This document shows, in pieces, positions 10,034-17,133 of a DNA stretch of 32,000 nucleotides. Below the pieces are notes generated by a model that was given only the letters and a program-made list of their open reading frames with translations, was not told the DNA's origin and did not search any database. The position numbers and the translations under genes are program-made. The first letter of the stretch is position 1. Each line of letters opens with the position of its first letter. The DNA comes from Alkalilimnicola ehrlichii MLHE-1. Its GTDB lineage: Bacteria > Pseudomonadota > Gammaproteobacteria > Nitrococcales > Halorhodospiraceae. The stretch lies in NCBI RefSeq assembly GCF_000014785.1, contig NC_008340.1, positions 1,590,001 through 1,622,000 of the forward strand. Reading direction: 5' to 3'.

Positions 10034-11932
10034 TTAGCCCGTGTGGCGGCCGATACCGCGCACCTCCATGGCGCGACCGATCTCCTCCAGGCTGGTGGGA
10101 TCGTCAATGGTGGAGGGCACCGGCACGTCATCCTCCTTGGCCAACTGGCGGATGGTCTTGCGCAGGATCTTGCCCGAGCGGGTCTTGGGCAACTTCTGCA
10201 CCACAGCCACCTGCTTGAGGCAGGCGATGGCACCGATCTCGTTGCGGATCAGCTGCACCAGGTCCTTCTCCAGTTCGGCCTCGTCGACCTCGACACCGTC
10301 CTTGAGCACCACGAAGCCCACGGGCAGTTCGCCCTTCATCTCGTCGTGGATGCCCACCACGGCACACTCGGCGATGGCGGAGTGGCTGCCGATGACCTCC
10401 TCCATCTCGCCGGTGGACAGCCGGTGACCGGCCACGTTGATCACATCGTCTACCCGCCCCATGATGAAGACGTAGCCCTCGTCGTCGATGTAGCCGCCAT
10501 CCGAGGTGTCGTAATAGCCGGGGAAACGCTCCAGGTAGGAGCGGCGGAAGCGCTCATCGTCGCCCCAGAGGGTGGGTAGGCAGCCGGGAGGAAGCGGCAA
10601 TTTGACCACCAGGTTGCCCTGTTCGCCGGCAGGAAGCGGCTGGCCGCTGTCGTCCAGCACCATGACGTTGTAGCCGGGCACGGGCAGGGAGGCAGACCCG
10701 GACTTGACCGGGAAGAGCTCCACCCCGGTGGGGTTGGCCACGATGGGCCATCCGGTCTCGGTCTGCCACCAGTGGTCGATCACCGGCACGTCGAGGATCT
10801 GGGTCAGCCATTCGTAGGTGGGGGGATCGAGCCGCTCACCGGCCACAAAGAGCTTCTTGAGGCAGCTGATGTCGTAATTGGCCATCAGCTTGGCCTCGGG
10901 GTCCTCCTTCTTGACCGCACGGAAAGCGGTCGGCGCCGTGAAGAAGGTCTTGACCTGGTGCTCGGAGATCACCCGCCAGAAGGCCCCGGCATCGGGGGTG
11001 CGCACCGGTTTGCCCTCGTAGACGATCGTGGTGCAGCCGCGGATCAGCGGCGCATAGACGATATAGGAGTGGCCCACCACCCAGCCTACGTCGGAGGCGG
11101 TCCAGAAGACCTCGCCCGGATGCAGGTCGTAAATGGTCTCCATGCTGAAGTTCAACGCGGTGGCATAGCCGCCGGTATCCCGCACCACGCCCTTGGGCTT
11201 GCCGGTGGTGCCGGAGGTGTAGAGCACGTAGAGCGGATCCGTGGCGTCCACCGGCACCGGGTCGGCAGGGCTGACCCGGCTGCAGAGTTCGTCCCAGTCA
11301 TGGTCGCGGCCCGGTTTGAGTTCCGCCTTCTCCTGCTCGCGTTGCACTACCAGGGTTTTCTCCGGGGGATGCTGGGAGCGCTTGAGGGCCTCGTCCACCA
11401 GGGGCAGGTAGGGGATGACCCGTGTGAACTCCACACCGCAGCTGGCCGTGATAATGGCCTTCGGTTTGGCGTCGTCGATGCGGATCGCCAGCTCGTTGGG
11501 CGAGAAACCGCCGAAGACCACCGAATGGATGGCACCCAGGCGGGCACAGGCCAGCATCGCCTCCAGTGCCTCGGGGATCATCGGCATGTAGATGACCACC
11601 CGGTCGCCCTTCTCCACGCCCAGCTCGCGCAGGGCGCCGGCGGCCCGCGCCACCCGGTCCCGCAGCTCGCTGTAGGTGAACTTCTGTTGGGTGTCGGTGA
11701 CCGGTGAGTCGTAGATGACGGCGGTCTGATCGGCCCGGCCGTTGTCACAGTGGTAGTCTAGGGCCAGGTGGCTGATGTTGAGCTTGCCCCCCTTAAACCA
11801 GCGGTAGAAGCCCTTCTCGTCCTGACTGAGGATCTCCTGCGGTGGCTCGAACCAGTCGAGCTTCTCGGCCTCACGGCGCCAGAAGCGCTCCGGCGCCTCG
11901 ATGGATTCACGGTGGATCTCGCGGTAGCCCAT
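10034..11932 (-). CDS. prpE: Propionate--CoA ligase / acetyl-CoA-synthetase-like AMP-forming acyl-CoA synthetase, 632 aa
   Basis: MGYREIHRESIEAPERFWRREAEKLDW…, YTSGTTGKPKGV, GWVVGHSYIVYAPL, WWQTETGWP, DDVINVAGHRLSTGE and KLPKTRSGKILR all fit. Length and motif order match my recollection of E. coli PrpE better than Acs. Substrate cannot be decided from sequence alone. Confidence 0.8.
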   Translation of the reverse strand: MGYREIHRESIEAPERFWRREAEKLDWFEPPQEILSQDEKGFYRWFKGGKLNISHLALDYHCDNGRADQTAVIYDSPVTDTQQKFTYSELRDRVARAAGALRELGVEKGDRVVIYMPMIPEALEAMLACARLGAIHSVVFGGFSPNELAIRIDDAKPKAIITASCGVEFTRVIPYLPLVDEALKRSQHPPEKTLVVQREQEKAELKPGRDHDWDELCSRVSPADPVPVDATDPLYVLYTSGTTGKPKGVVRDTGGYATALNFSMETIYDLHPGEVFWTASDVGWVVGHSYIVYAPLIRGCTTIVYEGKPVRTPDAGAFWRVISEHQVKTFFTAPTAFRAVKKEDPEAKLMANYDISCLKKLFVAGERLDPPTYEWLTQILDVPVIDHWWQTETGWPIVANPTGVELFPVKSGSASLPVPGYNVMVLDDSGQPLPAGEQGNLVVKLPLPPGCLPTLWGDDERFRRSYLERFPGYYDTSDGGYIDDEGYVFIMGRVDDVINVAGHRLSTGEMEEVIGSHSAIAECAVVGIHDEMKGELPVGFVVLKDGVEVDEAELEKDLVQLIRNEIGAIACLKQVAVVQKLPKTRSGKILRKTIRQLAKEDDVPVPSTIDDPTSLEEIGRAMEVRGIGRHTG

Positions 11933-12289
11933 GCTGCTCCTCCCGAATCAGTCGTCGGTTATGGCTGTTCTTTTGCTTTAAGGGTCCAGGGTGCGGCCTG
12001 TTCTCTCCCAGCCTTTCACCCGGCACACCGGCTAGCTTAACCACACGGCGTCGCAGTGGCCAAGGATTATCTTAAAACAAGCACTTATGGTGAAGCCGGG
12101 GTCAATGCTGCGGGTCTGGGACCCCAATTTTTTGTTAATAGAGGGGCATGTTCCCGGTTTCCGCCGCCTTGCCGGCGTCGGTTCGTTTGCGTTAAGCGTA
12201 GTCGACGGACGGACCGCCCGGGGTACGTCCATCGGGCTAGACCGTTAGGGTGGGGTCTCGCAAACTGTTATTATCCTGAATTGGCACAT

Positions 12290-12307
12290 TAACCTTCCGG
12301 AAGGTTA
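12290..12307 (+). promoter_or_regulatory. Perfect 18-bp palindrome in the stator-gene leader (protein operator or RNA hairpin)
   Basis: TAACCTTCCGGAAGGTTA reads identically on both strands. It lies 20 nt upstream of the GGAGGGG RBS (12327-12333) and 35 nt upstream of the TTG start at 12342. Confidence 0.3.
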
Positions 12308-12341
12308 GGGAATTGCACTCGGTCGCGGAGGGGCGCAGTTT

Positions 12342-13145
12342 TTGGATAAAACCACGCTGTTGGGGTTGGTCTCCGGCATCACTATCATCTTTGCCGCCAT
12401 CGGCTTGGGTTCGGCGCCCGGGGAGTTTCTCTATCTACCGGCGCTGTTGATCGTATTCGGGGGCACGCTGGCCTCCACCATGATCAAGTTCCCGTTCACC
12501 CACGTGGCGAACTCCTTTCGGGTGGCCGGTCTCGCCTTCGTTCGCCAGGAGGAGGACCCCCGAAGGCTGATCCTGCAGGTCAAAGAGCTGGCCAAGACGG
12601 CGCGGATGAAGGGGCTCCTGGCGCTGGAGGATGCGGAGGTGGAGAACCCCTTTTTCCGCAAAGGGCTGCAGCTCTGCGCCGATGGTGTTGAGCCGGAGCT
12701 GATGCACAAGGTCCTGAAGGAGGACCTGGAAATGTCGGTGGAGCGCCACGACGTGGGCCAGCGGATCTTCCGCGCCATCGGCGAGGCGGCCCCGGCCTTC
12801 GGCATGATCGGTACGCTGGTGGGCCTGGTGCAGATGCTGGCGCATCTGGATGACCCGGCGGCCATCGGGCCGGGTATGGCCACCGCACTGCTCACCACCC
12901 TTTACGGCGCCATGTTCGCCCAGCTTGTCGCCTTGCCCATCGCCGACAAGCTGGAGCTGAGGGCGCAGAACGAAAGGGCCAACAAGATGCTGATCCTCGA
13001 GGGTATCAATTGCATTCGCCAGGGCTTCAACGCCCGGATGATCGAGGAACTGCTGACCGCCTATCTGCCCACCAAGACCCGCGGTGAGCTGGCAGCGATG
13101 GAAGAGGCCCGCACCGGGGAACCGCAGGGCGAGGAGAGCCGCTAA
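12342..13145 (+). CDS. pomA: Flagellar-type stator channel subunit, MotA/PomA family, 267 aa (TTG start)
   Basis: Collinear with my recollection of Vibrio PomA: MDKTTLLGLVSGI… (PomA MDLATLLGLIGGF), APAFGMIGTLVGLVQML, DDPAAIGPGMATALLTTLYGA and LPIADKL. No in-frame ATG lies near the N-terminus. The RBS GGAGGGG is 8 nt upstream of the TTG. Confidence 0.9.
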   Translation: MDKTTLLGLVSGITIIFAAIGLGSAPGEFLYLPALLIVFGGTLASTMIKFPFTHVANSFRVAGLAFVRQEEDPRRLILQVKELAKTARMKGLLALEDAEVENPFFRKGLQLCADGVEPELMHKVLKEDLEMSVERHDVGQRIFRAIGEAAPAFGMIGTLVGLVQMLAHLDDPAAIGPGMATALLTTLYGAMFAQLVALPIADKLELRAQNERANKMLILEGINCIRQGFNARMIEELLTAYLPTKTRGELAAMEEARTGEPQGEESR

Positions 13146-13150
13146 GCCCC

Positions 13151-13951
13151 ATGGCCAAGCGACGCCCGCCGCCGGCCTGGATCACCACGTTTGCCGATCT
13201 GATGGCGCTGCTGGTGGTGTTCTTCGTCATGCTGTTCGCCTTCTCCTCGCTGGATGCGGAGAAGTACCGGCTGGCCGCTCAGTCCATCCGAGCGGCCTTC
13301 GGTCCGCAGTTGACCGAGGGCGACCCGAGCCCCAGCCCCAGTCCCATCGATTTTGACGGCGGCTCGCCCGTCGATCCGAGCCTGCTGGAGGACCTGCTGG
13401 ACGCCGTCCCGGACCCCATCGATCAGATCACCGCCGAGCTCCAGGAGCAGTTGGAGGGGGAATTGGGTGAGGGCCTGCTGGAGGTGGAGCGCCTGGACGA
13501 GAACGTGCTGATCCGGTTCCCGGAAAAGGCCGCCTTCCCCTCCGGCAGCGCCGACGTGAACGCCTCCTTCCTGCCGATCCTGCACACGGTGGCCGGGGTG
13601 CTGGCCGGGCAGGGCGGGACAATCCGGGTCTCCGGGCATACCGACGACGTGCCCATCGACACCGAGCGGTTCCGCTCCAACTGGGAACTGTCCACCGCCC
13701 GGGCGACCGAGGTGGTGCACTTGTTGCTGGAGGCCGCGCCCATAGAGCCAGGGCGCTTCATCGCCCAGGGCCACGCCGACACCCGGCCACTGCGGCCGAA
13801 CACCAGCCCGGAGAACCGGGCGCGCAACCGGCGGGTGGATGTGCTCATCACCGGGTTGGATGATTGGAACCGCTGGGGCCCGCCGGCGGAACAGCCGGTG
13901 CTGGATGTGGTTCCCGAGGCTATGCAGGCGCCGCCGCCGGCGCCTCGTTGA
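13151..13951 (+). CDS. pomB: Stator peptidoglycan-anchoring subunit, MotB/PomB family, 266 aa
   Basis: WITTFADLMALLVVFFVMLFAFS is the single TM segment with the conserved channel Asp. The C-terminal OmpA-like domain is IRVSGHTDDVPI…FRSNWELSTARA…NRARNRRVDVLI. An acidic, Pro-rich linker joins them. The gene starts 5 nt after the pomA stop. Confidence 0.9.
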   Translation: MAKRRPPPAWITTFADLMALLVVFFVMLFAFSSLDAEKYRLAAQSIRAAFGPQLTEGDPSPSPSPIDFDGGSPVDPSLLEDLLDAVPDPIDQITAELQEQLEGELGEGLLEVERLDENVLIRFPEKAAFPSGSADVNASFLPILHTVAGVLAGQGGTIRVSGHTDDVPIDTERFRSNWELSTARATEVVHLLLEAAPIEPGRFIAQGHADTRPLRPNTSPENRARNRRVDVLITGLDDWNRWGPPAEQPVLDVVPEAMQAPPPAPR

Positions 13952-14909
13952 GCCGTGACAGGCAATCGGCAACCGCCACCCGTTGCGCCTCCGGGGCAGT
14001 GGGCTGCATCAGTGGCTGCACATGGCACCGATCCACCTGCAGAGCCTGTAGATACCACTTGATGTGCTTGCGCGCGATGCGGGGCCCCATCCAGTCGCCG
14101 TAAAAGCGATGAATCTCGCGCAGGTGGGTCAGCAGGGTCTGCTTGCGCACCGCCAGCGAAGGCGTGGCGACCCGCGTACCGGTCTCCAGATAGGTGTGAA
14201 TCGCCTGGAAGAGCCAGGGTCGGCCCTGGGCCGCGCGCCCGACCATGACCGCATCGGCGCCGGTTTCGTCCAGCACCTGCCGCGCCTTGTCTGGGCTATC
14301 GATATCGCCGTTGGCGACGACCGGGATGTCCACCGCCCGACAGACCGCCTCCACGCTGCGGTATTCGGCCTGACCCTGGTAGGCCTGGACCCGTGTCCGG
14401 CCGTGAAGCGTCAGTGCGGCCACCCCGGCGTCCTCCGCCATCCGGGCGATGGCCACGGCATTGCGCCGCTCGGGCGACGGACCGGTGCGATACTTCAGGG
14501 TGACCGGGACCTCCACCGCGGACACGACCGCGGTCAGGATCCGGCGCACCAGGGGCTCGTCCGCGAGCAGTGCGGAGCCGGCCATGCGATTGCAGACCTT
14601 CTTTGCCGGACAGCCCATGTTGATGTCGATGACCTGGGCGCCCCGCTGTACGTTGTAGCGGGCCGCCTCCGCTAGGGCGACCGGATCCGCGCCCGCGATC
14701 TGCGCCACCCGTGGGCACTCGTCGTCGGCGAGGGTGGCGCGCCATTGGCTCTTGCGCGTCTTGCGCAGGGTTGGATCGGCGGACAGCATCTCCGAAACCG
14801 CGAGGGCGGCACCCCATTGGCGACAGAGCTGACGAAAGGGGAGGTCGGTGATGCCGGCCATGGGTGCGAGCAGCACCCGGCCGGAGAGTTTCCAAGGGCC
14901 GATGTTCAT
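13920..14909 (-). CDS. dusB: tRNA-dihydrouridine synthase B, 329 aa
   Basis: [41 protein letters not shown]… aligns from residue 1 with my recollection of E. coli DusB ([29 protein letters not shown]…). The track ORF (572 aa, to 15638) is an in-frame stop-free extension. The ATG at 14909 gives the canonical length. Confidence 0.94.
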   Translation of the reverse strand: [329 protein letters not shown]

Positions 14910-15008
14910 GTTCCAATCAGGTTGCGCTGTTCGAGCGCGAGCATACCCTGAGCGCGTCGGTCCCCGCCAGTCAGGGCTAAGTGTCTGCATCGGTTGGGGA
15001 AACCCGGA

Positions 15009-15043
15009 CAATCCACAGAACCTGTGGATAACTTTGTGGACAA
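15009..15043. promoter_or_regulatory. Cluster of three DnaA-box motifs
   Basis: CAATCCACA (+, 15009-15017, 7/9). TGTGGATAA, which is TTATCCACA on the minus strand (15023-15031, 9/9). TGTGGACAA, which is TTGTCCACA on the minus strand (15035-15043, 8/9). The gaps are 5 and 3 bp. The cluster lies 100-135 bp upstream of the dusB ATG. Confidence 0.5.
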
Positions 15044-15212
15044 CGGGGGGAAACCGCGCTGTAACCGGCGTCATTACGCGCTTGTTGCGGTTTTGTTCAA
15101 TGGGGCACCAATAAGAAAAAGACCAATAAAACCAAGGCTCTATGGTGTTTCTCAAGGTATAGGGTGAAGAGTTCCCGAGAAACCCCTGTCTCTCTAACCC
15201 GGGCCGACCTCT

Positions 15213-15221
15213 TGTGCATAA
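15213..15221 (-). promoter_or_regulatory. Additional DnaA-box-like 9-mer
   Basis: TGTGCATAA is TTATGCACA on the minus strand and fits TTATNCACA. It lies 52 bp upstream of the dehydrogenase ATG and directly abuts the hairpin GGGGCTT-gtc-AAGCCCC (15224-15240). Confidence 0.3.
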
Positions 15222-15272
15222 ATGGGGCTTGTCAAGCCCCGGCGCGGCTCGAAACCGACCGAGGAGAAGGCC

Positions 15273-16232
15273 ATGCGTTCTGCCTTTCTGGACCGAGACT
15301 CGCTGGATCAGGGCGATCTGGACCTGGCGCCGTTGGAGCAGGCGCTGCCCGATCTGCGCCACTACGAGCGGACCGGGGCCCATGAGGTCGCCGACCGGAT
15401 CGCGGACCTGAATGCCGTGGTCGTGAACAAGGTGGTGTTGGATGAGGCGGCCTTGGCCGCCGCACCCGACCTGCGGCTGATCCTGGTGGCGGCCACCGGC
15501 ACCAATAACGTGGATCTGGCGGCGGCCCGGCAGCGGGGGATCACCGTGTGCAACTGCCGGGGCTATGGCACCGATGCGGTGGCCCAGCACACCCTTGGTC
15601 TGATGCTCGCCCTCAGCACCCGGCTGTTGGACTACCACAACGCCGTGCAGGCGGGGGAGTGGGGCCGGAGCGAACAGTTCTGTTTACTCGATTACCCTAT
15701 CCAGGAGCTCTCCGGGCGGACCCTCGGGTTGGTGGGCCACGGCGAGCTGGGCCAGCGGGTCGCGGAGCTGGCCCGGGCCCTGGGGATGACCGTCAAGGTG
15801 GCCGCGCGGCCGGGCGGCGGACCGCCGGCACTTGGGCGCGTGCCGCTGGAGCAGCTTCTGCCCCAGGTGGATGTCTTGACCCTGCACTGCCCGCTGACGG
15901 ATGCCACCCGTAACCTGATCGGGGCGGAGGCCCTCCAGCGCCTGCCCCGCCACGCCCTGTTGATCAATTGCGCGCGGGGCGGCATCGTCGATGAACAGGC
16001 GCTGGCCGATGCCCTGCGTGCGGGGGAGATCGGCGGGGCCGGGGTCGATGTGCTGTCGGAGGAGCCGCCGGTCAACGGCAATCCGCTCCTGGCCGGCGAC
16101 ATCCCCAACCTCATTGTTACCCCCCATTCGGCCTGGGGCAGCCGGGAGGCCCGGCAGCGGATCGTGATGCAACTGGCGGAGGCTGCCCGTGGCTATCTGG
16201 ACGGGCATCCGGTGCGGGTGGTCAGCGAGTAG
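15273..16232 (+). CDS. D-isomer-specific 2-hydroxyacid dehydrogenase (glycerate dehydrogenase / hydroxypyruvate reductase-like), 319 aa
   Basis: Motifs present: LILVAATGTNNVDLAAARQRGITVCN, the NAD-binding GLVGHGELGQRVA, LINCARGGIVDE and TPHSAW. A GAGGAGAAGG RBS lies just upstream of the ATG at 15273; the track start 15222 is an upstream extension. Confidence 0.9.
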   Translation: MRSAFLDRDSLDQGDLDLAPLEQALPDLRHYERTGAHEVADRIADLNAVVVNKVVLDEAALAAAPDLRLILVAATGTNNVDLAAARQRGITVCNCRGYGTDAVAQHTLGLMLALSTRLLDYHNAVQAGEWGRSEQFCLLDYPIQELSGRTLGLVGHGELGQRVAELARALGMTVKVAARPGGGPPALGRVPLEQLLPQVDVLTLHCPLTDATRNLIGAEALQRLPRHALLINCARGGIVDEQALADALRAGEIGGAGVDVLSEEPPVNGNPLLAGDIPNLIVTPHSAWGSREARQRIVMQLAEAARGYLDGHPVRVVSE

Positions 16233-16304
16233 TGAGCGACCCGGCACCACCGTAAAATACCAAGGACCCATCAATACCAAGGATCTAGGGAGGAGCACCT
16301 CGCC

Positions 16305-17087
16305 ATGAGTAGGGAATCAATGGAATGGAGCCTGGTCACGGGCGGCGGCACCGGTCTGGGCCGGGCGCTGGCGCTGGCGCTGGCCGCCCGGGGCCAGCGA
16401 GTCATCATCACCGGGCGCCGTCCCGGGCCGCTGGAGGCGACCGCGACCGCCGCGCCTGACGGGGCCGTGGTCCCGGTGCCGGCCGACGTGGCGCAGGAGG
16501 AGGGCCGCCAGCGGATCGGCCAGGCCGTCGACCAGCACGCGCCGAATGGCTTGCGTTTCCTTATTCACAATGCCGGCACCATCGACCCCATCGGGCCGTT
16601 GACCGAGCTCGATCCCGAGCAGTGGCGGAGGAGCCAGGCGATCAACGTAGAGGGGCCGCTGTTTCTCACCCGGTCCCTGTTGTCCCGCCTGCCCGCCGGC
16701 AGCCGGGTGCTGCACATCTCCTCCGGTGCCGCCCACAGCCCGATCCCCGGCTGGGGGGCCTACTGCACCGCCAAGGCCGCCCTGCACATGCTCTACCAGT
16801 GTCTGGACGGCGAGCTGCGTGACCGGGGCATCCGTGTCGGCAGCCTCCGCCCGGGGGTGGTGGACACCCCGATGCAGGCACACATCCGTGCCAGTTCCGA
16901 GGCGGCGTTCCCGCTGGTGGAGCGATTCCGTGCCCTGCACCGAGAGGGGGAGTTGCGGTCGGCCGAGGAGGTGGCCGACTTCGCCTGCTGGGTGCTCAGT
17001 GCCACCGACGACGACCGCTACGCATCGTCGGAGTGGAATATCTCCGACCCCGAGCAGACCCGTGACTGGCAGCGCAGCCCCGGGTAA
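16305..17087 (+). CDS. Short-chain dehydrogenase/reductase (SDR) family oxidoreductase, 260 aa
   Basis: TGGGTGLGRALALALAARG (TGxxxGxG), NAG, the catalytic YCTAKAAL (YxxxK) and PGVVDTPM are present. A GGGAGGAG RBS lies upstream. Confidence 0.9.
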   Translation: MSRESMEWSLVTGGGTGLGRALALALAARGQRVIITGRRPGPLEATATAAPDGAVVPVPADVAQEEGRQRIGQAVDQHAPNGLRFLIHNAGTIDPIGPLTELDPEQWRRSQAINVEGPLFLTRSLLSRLPAGSRVLHISSGAAHSPIPGWGAYCTAKAALHMLYQCLDGELRDRGIRVGSLRPGVVDTPMQAHIRASSEAAFPLVERFRALHREGELRSAEEVADFACWVLSATDDDRYASSEWNISDPEQTRDWQRSPG

Positions 17088-17133
17088 GCGGCGGGCCGTG
17101 CCGAGCGCGCCGCCGGTTCATCACCGTGACCGG

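Noticed and set aside
10772-11707. A 311-aa ORF antisense to prpE, plus 9992..10579 and 10041..10427.
   Set aside because: These are antisense artefacts inside a strongly conserved acyl-CoA synthetase gene.
12056-12292. A 78-aa + strand ORF and a 66-aa minus-strand ORF (12032..12232) in the prpE/pomA intergenic region.
   Set aside because: Neither has an RBS. Their composition is odd (Arg/Cys/Pro-rich or low complexity) and I recognise no motif. The region is better treated as noncoding unless ribosome profiling shows otherwise.
12282-12320. A possible sigma-54 promoter (TGGCAC at 12282-12287 and TTGCA at 12313-12317) or a FliA (sigma-28) promoter in front of the stator genes.
   Set aside because: The GG and GC elements are about 32 nt apart instead of the required 12 or so. 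No TTGC follows TGGCAC at the correct spacing, and I found no GCCGATAA-like -10 for sigma-28.
13142-13972. A 276-aa ORF antisense to pomB, plus 13423..14058.
   Set aside because: Antisense to a clear MotB/OmpA-domain gene, with Arg/Gly/Pro-rich low-complexity sequence.
14990-15225. The DnaA-box cluster plus AT-rich stretch as the chromosomal origin (oriC).
   Set aside because: Only four boxes are present. There are no repeated AT-rich 13-mer-like unwinding elements and no dnaA, dnaN, gidA, mioC or rpmH neighbours. The AT-rich segment is short and only moderately AT-rich. A regulatory, DARS- or datA-like role is more plausible. GC-skew analysis of the whole genome would settle it.
14910-15638. 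A 243-codon in-frame, stop-free extension upstream of dusB (the track ORF is 572 aa).
   Set aside because: DusB homology starts exactly at the ATG at 14909. The extension crosses the lower-GC intergenic region and runs antisense into the dehydrogenase gene. Its sequence is low-complexity and homology-free.
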